This document shows, piece after piece, positions 31,032 to 41,662 of a DNA stretch of 64,000 nucleotides (position 1 is the first letter of the stretch; each line of letters starts with the position of its first letter). Under the pieces are notes generated by a model. It was given only the letters and a program-made list of their open reading frames with translations, searched no databases and was not told where the DNA came from. The DNA comes from Parcubacteria group bacterium Licking1014_17. Lineage in GTDB: Bacteria > Patescibacteriota > Minisyncoccia > 2-02-FULL-40-12 > IGHO2-01-FULL-4-A. Position numbers and translations under genes: made by a program. The DNA lies in contig VMGJ01000003.1 in NCBI GenBank assembly GCA_007376485.1, positions 17,252 to 81,251 on the forward strand. Direction: 5' to 3'.

Positions 31032-32204
31032 TCATTCAGATAAAGAAAGTAACCAACTTTCCATTTTTCCAGCGACAATCTCGTGGCTGAAATTTTTTAA
31101 TATGTGCTCCCGGCCCGCTCTGCCCATATTTTTTCTTAGATTTTCGTCATTGGCCAGTCTTAGGATTACCTCGCTTAATTGTGCCGGGTCTTTGGGCTCG
31201 ATTAAAATTCCAGTTTCATTATTTAAAACTACTTCTGATATGGAGCCGGTATCGGTTGAAATTACCGGCAATTCGCAGGCGGAAGCCTCGGCGATGGAGT
31301 ATCCAAACTGTTCCTCCCAGCCACCGAACGGTTCCGAAGGATAGGCGAAAATGTCGGACGAAGAGAATACGCCGGGCAAATCCTCGTTGGCCAGCCAATT
31401 TATAAAAATAACTTTGTCAGTAATATCCAATTCATTTGCCAATCTTTCAGCTTGGGATATTAAGGGACCGGTGCCAATAATCATCAGTCGGGCATTGGGC
31501 ATGGTTTCATAAACAACTTTAAAAGCTCTAATTAGAGTCAAGACGCCTTTTCTTTCATCAATCACACCAGCAAAAGTAATGACAAAATTATCATCCAGGC
31601 CATATTTCGTGCGGAAATTGGACTTGGCCGTCGGCTGGAAAAGTTTAGTATCAACACCTGAAATCGGTGCACGCAAAAACTTGAAACCAGCTGGAGCATA
31701 GTCCCTTAAAATCTGTTCAGATTTGTGATTGCCACAGATGGCACCGGCGGAATTAGCGACATTTCTTCTTACTACACTTTCCGTAATCTTCAGTTTCATG
31801 CCGTTTAGGCGTTCCCGGTAATGGACATTCTGCCAAGTAAAGAAAACATTTTTCAGCTTCATTTTTCTGGCGATATGACTATTGAATAGTGTCGTCAATA
31901 AATTTGGCTCGGAGGCCGAATAGAGTATGTCGCCAGGGTTGGCAGATTGTTTAAGTATTTTACCGATAGCTGGCATCCAGCCTTTTAATAGCCCCTTGAC
32001 GATGGGATAATTAGAACCGTAAAAAAAAGCTTTGACTGGGATAATTTTAATATCATCCCTGATCGGAGGAACTATGAAGCCGGATCTAGTTTTCCATTTA
32101 GCTGGTAACAAGAAAGTCAGGTTTTTCTTATTTTTAAAATAGTCAAAAACCTTAAAATATCTCTCATAGACGTATGGATATGAAGTTACAAAAATTTTAG
32201 GCAT
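31032..32204 (-). CDS. GT4 glycosyltransferase
   Basis: RKGVLTL and EQFGYSIAEASA motifs. Confidence 0.9.
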   Translation of the reverse strand: MPKIFVTSYPYVYERYFKVFDYFKNKKNLTFLLPAKWKTRSGFIVPPIRDDIKIIPVKAFFYGSNYPIVKGLLKGWMPAIGKILKQSANPGDILYSASEPNLLTTLFNSHIARKMKLKNVFFTWQNVHYRERLNGMKLKITESVVRRNVANSAGAICGNHKSEQILRDYAPAGFKFLRAPISGVDTKLFQPTAKSNFRTKYGLDDNFVITFAGVIDERKGVLTLIRAFKVVYETMPNARLMIIGTGPLISQAERLANELDITDKVIFINWLANEDLPGVFSSSDIFAYPSEPFGGWEEQFGYSIAEASACELPVISTDTGSISEVVLNNETGILIEPKDPAQLSEVILRLANDENLRKNMGRAGREHILKNFSHEIVAGKMESWLLSLSE

Positions 32205-32240
32205 TTCGGGTAAAAGGGTAGTTTTTAAATCCGGGACTGT

Positions 32241-33311
32241 TCAATTTTTGTGCACCGCCTCAATTTTTTTACTTATTTCACCTATAAATTTGCCACAAAT
32301 AATCTCCGGCGTGAAGTTCTCGCTAAATAATTTCTTGGCGTTTAAAGAAATTTCCGATCTAAGTTTATCATCATTTTTCAATATCAAAATGGCATCCGCG
32401 ATGGCATCGGGGTTCGCCGGTTCAACAAGATAGGCATTTTCTTTGTGTTTTAAAGCGTTCCTCACTGCCGGATTGTCTTCGGTAATTATCGCCTTGCCCA
32501 TAGCCATGTATTCATAAACTTTCGTCGGAACAACCATAAGCGCCTTAGTAGTTTTTGCAAAAACCCCTAAACATACGTCAAACTCGGCGATATAATCCGG
32601 CAACCTTTCCAAGGAAACTCTAATTCCTATAAATGTTACATCATCTAACTTTAAATTATATGCTATTTTTCTCATTTCATCATAAGTTTGCCCATTGCCT
32701 AACAACTTAAATTCAATATCCTTGTGGTTCTCGAGTAATTTTGCCGCCCGCAATATATATTCTATGCCATGAAGAGGAATATATGTTCCCTGAAATCCGA
32801 CTGTAAATTTTTCATGGCGGGGAAGAGGCAGGAGTTTAAATATTGAATCATCGGCTCCCACAGGAATTACCAAAAATTTGTCTTTTTCCGCGCCAAATTT
32901 TTCAACAAAATATTTGACGTGTTCCCATGTGTCCAAAACCAAATAATCCGCCAGCCGCACGGACAGCCAGTCCAGCAGATAATAATACAGCGCTCTCGCC
33001 GAATACCTGCTTGATTCGCCTCTGTCTTCGATTACGGTGTTATACAAGGAGATAAAAGAATCCAGCACGACGGGTTTTTGGGTTATTAATTTCGCGAATA
33101 AAACCATCCCCTGGCCGGCAAAACCGATAAACATAAAATCGTACTTATTCCTGACTACCCAATGTTTTTTAAAAAGTCCTATAACATTTAGGGGAAAAGT
33201 TGATCTATCATTGCATTCAATTACATCAACGCCGGCTTCCTTAAAACCCTTCAATAATATTCTATTTCTGGTGTTTTTTACGTTGTATCCTCCGAAATAG
33301 CAAATTCTCAT
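32241..33311 (-). CDS. GT4 glycosyltransferase
   Basis: LHGIEYI and PTKVYEYMAMGK motifs. Confidence 0.88.
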   Translation of the reverse strand: MRICYFGGYNVKNTRNRILLKGFKEAGVDVIECNDRSTFPLNVIGLFKKHWVVRNKYDFMFIGFAGQGMVLFAKLITQKPVVLDSFISLYNTVIEDRGESSRYSARALYYYLLDWLSVRLADYLVLDTWEHVKYFVEKFGAEKDKFLVIPVGADDSIFKLLPLPRHEKFTVGFQGTYIPLHGIEYILRAAKLLENHKDIEFKLLGNGQTYDEMRKIAYNLKLDDVTFIGIRVSLERLPDYIAEFDVCLGVFAKTTKALMVVPTKVYEYMAMGKAIITEDNPAVRNALKHKENAYLVEPANPDAIADAILILKNDDKLRSEISLNAKKLFSENFTPEIICGKFIGEISKKIEAVHKN

Positions 33312-33317
33312 AATAAT

Positions 33318-34382
33318 TTACGCGGCTTTTAAAACGGTGACTAATTTTTCGACTAAGTTTTCTTTTGAATGATCCCTTATTATTATATCCCTGGATATCT
33401 TACGGTAATTGGCCGCATTAGATTCTGGTAGCTTAAACAATTCACTCAGTTTCGCCGCTAAATCGTCCGCGTCTCCTTCTTTAAATAAAAAATTGTTCTT
33501 CATATCTTCATCATAATATCTTTGGAGAGCCTTATTTGAAGCCAAAACCAAACAGCCGGATGACATTGCCTCAAGGATGGTTTTATCAAAACTTCCTGTA
33601 GGCGTGAGATTAATAAAAATTTCCGCCCGTTGGTAGTACGGGCTTATTTCTTTATGGGAAATCCGGCCGAGCCAACTTATTTTTTCCTCAAGGCGCAGCT
33701 CTTTCGCCTGATTTTTCAGTTTTTCCAGATATTTTTCGTCGGCTTCGGAACTCGCTCCTCCGGCGATTGCAAGTTTCATTTTGCTGAAAATATCAGGATT
33801 TTTTTCTCCGATTATTTTCAATGATGAAAGCAAAACACCCAATTTTTTAATCGGCGAAATTCTTCCGAGGAAAAGTAGCGAATTTTTTTCCCTGACGGCA
33901 TCATTGGGCGTGAAATAACTTATATCAATCCCCTGGCCGACCGCCGCCAGTTTTTTGGTTTTGAAAGGAAAAGCTTCCGGCACGGAAGTTATGATTTTAT
34001 CGCAGAAAAAGGCGGCTTTTCTTAATTTCAAAGAATCTTTCCAGACGGCGTACCACATCACGAGCTTTTTACCCAGAAAATATTTTGCCGGTGCGGAAGC
34101 AATAGCCCAAATGGGTGCCATAAAAGCAAAAATCAGGTCATATTCGCCGCGCAAACGCCAAAGCAGGCGCCAGTAACCAAGCATCCGCCCGACTAGCGAA
34201 GGATTATTTTTTTTATCAAGTGAATAAACGGCAATGTTCGGGTGATTCTCAAAACGTCCAGCGTGTTGGGTGATTACGGAAATTTTTTCCATGTTTCGGG
34301 CAAGCCCGTAAACCCAGCCCGGAAAAAAGCCCAGAAGGTCGTCGTTTTCGTCAAGTTTGTTTACAAAAATAAGTAATTTCAT
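33318..34382 (-). CDS. GT4 glycosyltransferase
   Basis: GRISPIKK and GSFDKTILEAMSSG motifs. Confidence 0.9.
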   Translation of the reverse strand: MKLLIFVNKLDENDDLLGFFPGWVYGLARNMEKISVITQHAGRFENHPNIAVYSLDKKNNPSLVGRMLGYWRLLWRLRGEYDLIFAFMAPIWAIASAPAKYFLGKKLVMWYAVWKDSLKLRKAAFFCDKIITSVPEAFPFKTKKLAAVGQGIDISYFTPNDAVREKNSLLFLGRISPIKKLGVLLSSLKIIGEKNPDIFSKMKLAIAGGASSEADEKYLEKLKNQAKELRLEEKISWLGRISHKEISPYYQRAEIFINLTPTGSFDKTILEAMSSGCLVLASNKALQRYYDEDMKNNFLFKEGDADDLAAKLSELFKLPESNAANYRKISRDIIIRDHSKENLVEKLVTVLKAA

Positions 34383-35488
34383 GGACGCATATATTGTTTA
34401 AGTCCATCTACAAACTTGGCGATTGCTTCTTTCTTCTCGTACGCAGTCGCGGTTTTAACGCATTCTGCCGCCATTTTTGGTAGCAATTCTTCATCTGAAA
34501 TGGCTTTTTTGATTGTTTCCGCTATTTCCTGGGCATCCCAGCCCACAAGCCAGCCATTTTCCCCGTTTGAAACAATATCTTTCATTAAGCCGACTTTCGT
34601 GGAGATAACCGGCACACCGCAAGCCATCGCCTCAAGCGCCACCCTCGGACCGCCTTCATTAAAAGAAGTAACAGCCAGTATTTTTGATTCGTTGATTAAT
34701 TCAGCCACTTCTTTTGAGTCTTTCACCCAGCCGGCGTATTTTATTCTGCCGCCAAGATTATATTTTTTAATGAAAGACTCAACTTTTTTTTCTTCCGGTC
34801 CCCTGCCGACGACTACGGCATTGACGCCGGATAATCGGACTGAATCCAAAAACAGATCTATTCCTTTATTATCGGCAAGTCGCCCGACAAAAATCACATC
34901 ATATTTTTTTTCCAAGCCAAGCGGCTTGAAAGTTTCCAAGTCCAAATATATCGCGTTCAAAAAAACGATTTTATTTTCCGGAACGCCGGCGGTTATTAAA
35001 AATTTTGGCGTTTGGGTTTTATTCATCACCTGCACGGCGGCGACGTTTTTAGCGTCTCGAGCAATAAACTTTTTAGCCAGCCAGCGGTAAAAAGATTCTT
35101 TTATGCCCGCTGATTTAGGATAGCCCGGAACGTGAAAAATCTGCAAAACATAAGGAATTTTATTTTTTCTCCACAAAAGCCAGGTTCCAAAACCATTATA
35201 AAACGGCGGATATTCCTGGACGGTCATCAAATTATAATAATGCTCCCGCGCCAGCTTGTTGCCGCATTTTTTGATCCAAAACGGCTGGAATATTTTATGC
35301 CATGGCGACGGATGAATAAAGACATTGCCGAAAACACAGCCCGGGTCGGTATTATTTTTTCCGGTGCATATTATATCGATTCTGTCCCAATACTTATACA
35401 ACTCCCCGAGTGTATTATAAAAAGCGCCCCTTACGCCGGAAAGTATGTCAGCCGCGCTGTTTCCAGAAATCATTAAAAGTTTAGTCAT
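34379..35488 (-). CDS. GT4 glycosyltransferase
   Basis: GRLADNKG and EGGPRVALEAMACG motifs. Confidence 0.9.
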   Translation of the reverse strand: MTKLLMISGNSAADILSGVRGAFYNTLGELYKYWDRIDIICTGKNNTDPGCVFGNVFIHPSPWHKIFQPFWIKKCGNKLAREHYYNLMTVQEYPPFYNGFGTWLLWRKNKIPYVLQIFHVPGYPKSAGIKESFYRWLAKKFIARDAKNVAAVQVMNKTQTPKFLITAGVPENKIVFLNAIYLDLETFKPLGLEKKYDVIFVGRLADNKGIDLFLDSVRLSGVNAVVVGRGPEEKKVESFIKKYNLGGRIKYAGWVKDSKEVAELINESKILAVTSFNEGGPRVALEAMACGVPVISTKVGLMKDIVSNGENGWLVGWDAQEIAETIKKAISDEELLPKMAAECVKTATAYEKKEAIAKFVDGLKQYMRP

Positions 35489-36674
35489 TGGTCATTTTTT
35501 CATACACATCAATAAATTTGCCTATTTGCAGGTTTATGTCGTAATTCTGCGATTCCTCAATGGCTCGGCCGGACATATATTTTTTCAATTCATCATTTTC
35601 CAGAATTATCTTGATTCTCTGGGCCATCCTGTCCACGTAATTTTCTCCCCTCGCGACCACGAAACCGGTATTGCCCGACTTTATGATTTCCGGCACCGCC
35701 CCAACGCCCAAAGCAACCACCGGCACTCCAGCCGCCATTGCTTCAATGATTGTTATCCCAAATGGCTCATAGAGCGACGAAGTGAGAAAAACCGTCGCCT
35801 GCCGGAAATAATTGCCGATTTCAACGGGCGAAACCTGGGGAATTAGTTTTACTTCATTTATCACGCTCATTTCCCTCGCCAGTTTTTTCAACCTTTCTTC
35901 AATTACTTTACTGCCGCCACCGACCATGTAAAGCAAAAACGGGACTTTACAGATATCTTTAACCCTGCGCGCGACATGAATCTGGGCTTCCACGTTTTTC
36001 CACGGGACAAATCTCTGAACCGAAAGTATTATCGGCCTTTGAAAAGTTTCCGGCCTGATTTGCCCTCCTTCGCTGTTTAGGGGTCGATATGATTCAACAT
36101 TAATAAGATTCGGCAGAACGACAACTTTTTCCGGTTCAATGCCGAGATGATTCAGTAGAATATTTTTTTGAAACTCGGATTGCGCCCATATTAAATCGTA
36201 AAGCCCCAACATTTTTTTCTCTAATCTCAGCAGGAATTTGGTTTTGGCGCTGAAATCAAAAACTTTTTCAATATCCATCACCGCCAGTTCGTCTTTATTG
36301 ATTGTCTCGTAAACATAATCGCCGGCGTATTTAATAAGCATTGGCACTTTTCTTTTGGAGAAAAAACGGCCGGCGATATAACCCAGCTTCCTGACGCTGT
36401 TCGCCTGGACAAGGGATGGCTTGAAATCAAGCCAGATATTTTTTAAGGCCCGCTTCAGCCGGAAATACCTGATTACCGAAGAAAAAATCGGATAATTCCG
36501 CCTCACGTAAAAAACGCGCACGCCGTCTTTCTCTTCAACTAAACTTTTGTCGCCAAAAGTCAGAACGCAAACCTTAATCCCCCGCGCGGCAAGTGCTCGA
36601 GCTTGGTCGTAAACCTGTTTTGCCGGTCCCCCGATTTTTGGCGGATAAACGCCGGTAATTAATAATATATTCAT
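35481..36674 (-). CDS. GT4 glycosyltransferase
   Basis: YPPKIGG and EPFGITIIEAMAAG motifs. Confidence 0.9.
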   Translation of the reverse strand: MNILLITGVYPPKIGGPAKQVYDQARALAARGIKVCVLTFGDKSLVEEKDGVRVFYVRRNYPIFSSVIRYFRLKRALKNIWLDFKPSLVQANSVRKLGYIAGRFFSKRKVPMLIKYAGDYVYETINKDELAVMDIEKVFDFSAKTKFLLRLEKKMLGLYDLIWAQSEFQKNILLNHLGIEPEKVVVLPNLINVESYRPLNSEGGQIRPETFQRPIILSVQRFVPWKNVEAQIHVARRVKDICKVPFLLYMVGGGSKVIEERLKKLAREMSVINEVKLIPQVSPVEIGNYFRQATVFLTSSLYEPFGITIIEAMAAGVPVVALGVGAVPEIIKSGNTGFVVARGENYVDRMAQRIKIILENDELKKYMSGRAIEESQNYDINLQIGKFIDVYEKMTND

Positions 36675-36682
36675 TTATATCG

Positions 36683-37375
36683 CTAACTCATGTCTATTAA
36701 CCCAAAATACAACACCGCCATTAAGCCCTTCAGACCATCTATCCAGCGAATTTTTTTGCCCTCCTTAAAACTTCTCGGTTTATAATAAATGGGCACTTCG
36801 GCAATTTTGAATTTTCTTAATCTGGCGGTGATTTCGGCTTCTACGGCGAATCGGTTGGAAACGAGCCTTCCAGCCAGGTAATTAATCACCCTTCTGTTAA
36901 AAACCTTATACCCGACGTATATATCGGAAAGTTTCTGCCGGTTGATAATATTGGAAACAAAAGACAAAAACCTCACGCCGTAATAAAAGGAGGAATATAT
37001 ATGCCTATTTGATTCATAATACCTATTCCCAAAAATTACATCATACCCCCTCGATAAAATCGGAAATAACAGCGCCGGATAATTTTCTATGCTGTATTCC
37101 AGGTCCGCGTCCTGAATGATGGCAAAATCACCCGTGGCTTTTTTCAAGCCGTTTCTGACAGCCGTGCCCTTGCCTTTATTTATTTCATGGAAGATTTTTA
37201 CATAACGATCGGACAGGCTATTGATAATATCGCGGGAGCCGTCTTTGGAACAGTCGTCAATCAGAATAATCTCCTTATTGACGTCTCCGATATTCACAGC
37301 TTCAACCCTTTTTAACACTTCAGGGAGGTTTTTTTCTTCGTTATAAACAGGAATAATAATGCTTAATGTCTCCAT
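36683..37375 (-). CDS. GT2 DPM1-like polyprenol-phosphate glycosyltransferase
   Basis: IIIPVYNEE, DDCSKDG, QDADLEY and EGKKIRWIDG motifs. Confidence 0.9.
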   Translation of the reverse strand: METLSIIIPVYNEEKNLPEVLKRVEAVNIGDVNKEIILIDDCSKDGSRDIINSLSDRYVKIFHEINKGKGTAVRNGLKKATGDFAIIQDADLEYSIENYPALLFPILSRGYDVIFGNRYYESNRHIYSSFYYGVRFLSFVSNIINRQKLSDIYVGYKVFNRRVINYLAGRLVSNRFAVEAEITARLRKFKIAEVPIYYKPRSFKEGKKIRWIDGLKGLMAVLYFGLIDMS

Positions 37376-37381
37376 AAATTT

Positions 37382-38725
37382 TTATATAAAAATCAGCAGA
37401 AATATAAGACCTTGCACCGGCAAACGATAAGACGCCGCCGCCACGGGACCGGTGAGCACGGCAAAGTAAGCGATTACGATGGCAAAAAAAGCCAGAGCGA
37501 TAAGTGATTTTTTGTTTTTCTCCTGGATGCGGCGGTAAATATTGCACAGGATAAAGGCGTAAATAACTACCCAGAACAATTTCCCGATCCCAAAAAGAAT
37601 CATGTTGTCGAAACTTCTGCCAAATACGTAGGATACAACATCCTTAAAGTTACCCGACTTTAGCATTAACGTTATTGATTCGCTGTTATGGAAATTAATA
37701 CCTACAAGAGGATAAAATTTTTGATAGCCGTCATTGATTAAAAACGGGCATATAGTAAGAATGTGTGCGGCAACGTAGTCAAGCGGGTCGGCTCCGATTA
37801 TTTGGAGGGCGTTTTGCCTCAAATAGTTCCCATATTTGGGATCGTATAAATCCATATTGCCGCTTATACCCAAATCCTTTTCTGCCTTGCTCATAAGCTG
37901 ATTTTGGGCTTTAGTGAAAGAAATATTCTTTTGCGAGGCCAGCGCCAATGCCGCGTTGTAAAGATACAAATTATAAGAAGGGAGTGATGAAATCTGTAGG
38001 CTTTTGAAATCAACATAATTCCTAATTACCCACGGGCTTATAATCACAACAAACACCGCCACGAATACTATTGCTTTCTTAATATACACCCTGGCAATGC
38101 CCCATTTCAAGAAAAATGCGATTAGAAACAAAACGGGAATAAATTCAGCGATAGGCTTGGTCAAAACAGCCAGTGCGAGCGCAACGGCGGAAATCACCAG
38201 ATTCCGGCGGACCGGTTTGAAAAGAACCTTCAAAAAAGCAACGGACGCAATGGTTATCAAAGCCGTGAATATGGAATCGGGCGTAATAATATTGGTATTG
38301 AAATTGGAAAACGGCTCAAGAGCAAACAAAAACGCCGACCAAAAAGCCGGTTTCTCGCCGAAGATATTTTTTATGCCTCGATATAAATAAACGACGGCAA
38401 AAGATATAATCAATCCTTGTAAAACATATGCCGACACCACCCATAACCTGCCGGACAAAAAATTAACCGCGAATAAAAATATCGGGTAGAGCGGAGTTCT
38501 GAACATGGTCGGCGATAAAGGAGCTTGGGCGTCCATTGAAAATACGCCGTGTCTGAAGAGATTTATGCCGGCGTTAAGATACTGGGTGGCGTCATTGTCG
38601 GTAAAATGAATATCCTGCCCGAAGCGCCAAATAACGGTGGCGGCGATAATGAGCTTGAATAAGAGGCTCAGAATAAAGAGCAGCCGCGCCCGGTTTAAAA
38701 CAGGTTGTATTTTAGCGTTGTCCAT
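37382..38725 (-). CDS. GT-C/ArnT-like membrane glycosyltransferase
   Basis: DATQY, RTPLYP, PWVIRNY and YRLP motifs; same layout as 29120..30511. Confidence 0.75.
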   Translation of the reverse strand: MDNAKIQPVLNRARLLFILSLLFKLIIAATVIWRFGQDIHFTDNDATQYLNAGINLFRHGVFSMDAQAPLSPTMFRTPLYPIFLFAVNFLSGRLWVVSAYVLQGLIISFAVVYLYRGIKNIFGEKPAFWSAFLFALEPFSNFNTNIITPDSIFTALITIASVAFLKVLFKPVRRNLVISAVALALAVLTKPIAEFIPVLFLIAFFLKWGIARVYIKKAIVFVAVFVVIISPWVIRNYVDFKSLQISSLPSYNLYLYNAALALASQKNISFTKAQNQLMSKAEKDLGISGNMDLYDPKYGNYLRQNALQIIGADPLDYVAAHILTICPFLINDGYQKFYPLVGINFHNSESITLMLKSGNFKDVVSYVFGRSFDNMILFGIGKLFWVVIYAFILCNIYRRIQEKNKKSLIALAFFAIVIAYFAVLTGPVAAASYRLPVQGLIFLLIFI

Positions 38726-38770
38726 AAAATTTGATTCCGTCGTCTCGCCTTATTTTTTTCGCCTCCATAA

Positions 38771-40498
38771 TTATTTTTTTGAGACAATATCCGTTGAATA
38801 TATTCTTATTTCGGGACCATATTGTTCATTCAGCCATAATTCCTTAAACGGATTATAAAAATCTCCGGGAAACGAGGAGGTTCTCCCATTATAGGTGTCG
38901 CCGAATGGAGAAAATACGGCGCGCAAATCCAAATTATTATTGGCATATTCAAAAAGATGGGTCTTATCCCTCATAAAACCGTCCCCGCTGGATAAAACTA
39001 TATAAGATACCCTTTTTTCTTTTAAAAATTCGGGATAGTCGCCAATTTTAAAATACCAGTCATATAGCAGATAACGCGCGGAAGGCGGATATTTTTTATC
39101 TTCAATACTTAATAAAATTCTGTTGTGCCGGCTGGCTGTCTTTACCAAACCGGAAAGTTCGTTGGCTTTTATGCCGTCTTTTGTCGGCAGAATATCCAAT
39201 ATTTGCCTGTCTTCAAGCAACGGCTCCGACGCACTCACGTTGCCGACAATCCAATCCGTAGCCATTTTACGCGTGTCGGGCAAGGTTAGTATAGATATGA
39301 GCCGAAGGTCTTGCAGTAAAATAAAAGCCCCGAAAATTACGCCGATAATTTGTACCGGATATTTAAGGGGAGAACTTGACGCAGAATTATATATTACCGC
39401 CACCGCAATTCCCGAAAGAATAATCATCATTATTTCCAAAGGAATCAGGAACCGCGGCGGAGTAAAACTGTACAAACCGAAAATAATCACAAAAACAGTC
39501 AAATAAACAATGCCGCCGTAATTGCAGCCCTTGATTAATCTTGCCAGTATTTTTTTCTTCCAGAATATAATCAGCCCCGCCAAAGCCACGATGAGAAGCA
39601 CCGGATCATAAACAAGCAGACCATGGGCTATTTGATAAAAACCTTGGCCATTAAACGAAGATACGTCATGTGCCCCGCCGGATAGCGCGATGTCAAAACC
39701 CCCTGCCCCACCGAATGTCTTGACAAACGACAAAAAAAGATAAGGATAACTTATAAAAATTAAAAATAGAGAGCCAACGCCGGAAAAAACTAAAAATTTA
39801 AGCCGGCTGATTTTTTCTCCCAATATTTTCTTGTTAAAAAGCGGAATTAATAGAAAAACACCGGCAAGAAAACCATTCTGCAGGATGCCGGCGGCGAAAC
39901 CAATGCTTAATCCCAGAAGCAAAGCCCTCCAAGCCGATGGCCATTCCGTAAAAAACAAATATAAATAATAAGCCAGCAATAGCGCGAAGCCGGCTATTAT
40001 ATGCGGCCTTTCGAATTTTCCGAAATGAAATAACAGTAAATTAAAAGCCGAAAAGAACGCCGCCGATAGCGCGGCAATTTCCGGCTTTGGCAATTCCAAT
40101 TTTCTTGCCAATTTGCCGGTGGTGTAAAAAGCCAGCGGAATTATTAAAATCCCAAAAAATATTGATATTATGCGGGAAATCAAAAATGAAACGTCGGGAT
40201 TCAAAACGGTGTATTGAATGAAGTTGGAGATCGAACTAAAACCGCCGGTCAGCTTGCCTGCCAGAAACCAGATTCCGTGAACGAAAAGAATCAGATATGG
40301 GGTGATGAAAGGATATTTTACGGGACTGGAAAACGCGTCTAAATTGCCTCTCCGAACGCTTTCGCCGATGTCCATCGCTTCGGAAATATTCTGGGTATCG
40401 CCGATATAGCCCAGCCCGTAATGCAAGCCATAAAAGCGAAGACCCGTGGAAATAAGCAGTATGAGTAAAAATATTATGATTACATTTCTTGAATTCAT
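38771..40498 (-). CDS. GT-C (PMT-like) membrane glycosyltransferase
   Basis: LRFYGL...D, KYP, PRFLIP and DTRKMA motifs; multiple TMs plus a soluble C-terminus. Confidence 0.7.
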   Translation of the reverse strand: MNSRNVIIIFLLILLISTGLRFYGLHYGLGYIGDTQNISEAMDIGESVRRGNLDAFSSPVKYPFITPYLILFVHGIWFLAGKLTGGFSSISNFIQYTVLNPDVSFLISRIISIFFGILIIPLAFYTTGKLARKLELPKPEIAALSAAFFSAFNLLLFHFGKFERPHIIAGFALLLAYYLYLFFTEWPSAWRALLLGLSIGFAAGILQNGFLAGVFLLIPLFNKKILGEKISRLKFLVFSGVGSLFLIFISYPYLFLSFVKTFGGAGGFDIALSGGAHDVSSFNGQGFYQIAHGLLVYDPVLLIVALAGLIIFWKKKILARLIKGCNYGGIVYLTVFVIIFGLYSFTPPRFLIPLEIMMIILSGIAVAVIYNSASSSPLKYPVQIIGVIFGAFILLQDLRLISILTLPDTRKMATDWIVGNVSASEPLLEDRQILDILPTKDGIKANELSGLVKTASRHNRILLSIEDKKYPPSARYLLYDWYFKIGDYPEFLKEKRVSYIVLSSGDGFMRDKTHLFEYANNNLDLRAVFSPFGDTYNGRTSSFPGDFYNPFKELWLNEQYGPEIRIYSTDIVSKK

Positions 40499-40502
40499 CC
40501 GA

Positions 40503-41660
40503 TTAATTTAGTATTTTTCTGTAATTATCGGCAATCAAATCCCAGTTATATTTGTTCCGCACTAATTTCTTTGCCCGCGAGGCAAGATTTTGCCTTAGAT
40601 TATCGTCGGCTAAAATCGCGTCTATGGCTAGAGCAATTGATTCCGGATTGTTTGGTTTACAGGCAATTCCGGTTTCGCCGTCCTTAAGAAAATTTGGAAT
40701 GCCGCCGACAAGAGTCCCGACTATAGGCACCTCCATAGCCATTGCCTCCAAAAAAGCCGTCCCGAGGCCTTCCGAAACGGATGGGCGCGCGAATATGTCA
40801 GACATCGCCAGATATTTGGGCAGGTCGTCGTGTTTTACGGAACCCGCGAATATAACTTTATTTTTTAAACCTAAATTGGACGCAAGTTTTTCCGCTACTC
40901 CCCGCAAATGGCCATTGCCGACAAGCAATAATTTCCAGTTTTTTGTTTTCAACAGCGAACAAGCCACGATAAGGTCTAAAACGCCGTTTTTGGGCACCAA
41001 ACGCGACACGCTTATGATTACTTTTTCGTCCTTATTAATTCCCAGCAGGTTTTTCTCCGATTCCGCCTCGCCGGCATATTTTTCTTTACCGAAAAGTTCA
41101 ATATCAACGCCGTTGGGAATGACAAAGATTTTATTTTCGGAAATGCCCTGCTTGGCAATATATGATTTAAGATAATTACTAATAACCACAATTTTGTCCG
41201 CTTTTTTTATGATTAATTTACGGAAAATACTTTTTAATATCCCCTGTTTATCCAGGCTTTCGCCTTCCTGGACATTCAGGACAAACTGTTTCCCGTAGAA
41301 AATTTTATAAAGCCAGGCGGCGCCACCTCCCTGGGACGCCTGGAGCGCAAAAATATAATTATAGGGACCTTTTTTTTGGGTAAGCCGGGCGGATTTTATG
41401 AAAGCCGAGATTGGGAAAAATATTTTAGGCACGAAAAAGTTCGTAAGAGAAAACCTACCGCCGCAGCGAAAAACATCCGTGTTGCCGATGCGCTCTTCGC
41501 TTTTCAAATCCCGGTCATACGATCCTCCCCGCGAATTAAATCTTGAGGTGATAAGGTCAAAATGAAAATCCGGCAATCTGTCGGTAATATTTTTTACCGC
41601 CAGCTCGGCGCCGCCGATAGAAGGAAGATAAGATGTCGTAAAAATTAAAACTTTTTTCAT
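40503..41660 (-). CDS. GT4 glycosyltransferase
   Basis: GGAELA, SRLVPKNG and EGLGTAFLEAMA motifs. Confidence 0.92.
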   Translation of the reverse strand: MKKVLIFTTSYLPSIGGAELAVKNITDRLPDFHFDLITSRFNSRGGSYDRDLKSEERIGNTDVFRCGGRFSLTNFFVPKIFFPISAFIKSARLTQKKGPYNYIFALQASQGGGAAWLYKIFYGKQFVLNVQEGESLDKQGILKSIFRKLIIKKADKIVVISNYLKSYIAKQGISENKIFVIPNGVDIELFGKEKYAGEAESEKNLLGINKDEKVIISVSRLVPKNGVLDLIVACSLLKTKNWKLLLVGNGHLRGVAEKLASNLGLKNKVIFAGSVKHDDLPKYLAMSDIFARPSVSEGLGTAFLEAMAMEVPIVGTLVGGIPNFLKDGETGIACKPNNPESIALAIDAILADDNLRQNLASRAKKLVRNKYNWDLIADNYRKILN

Positions 41661-41662
41661 TG

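Noticed and set aside
34416-41175. Long antisense ORFs (e.g. 34416-35090, 40552-41175; also 20915-21499, 46216-46812)
   Set aside because: Shadow frames of well-supported genes with no recognisable motifs
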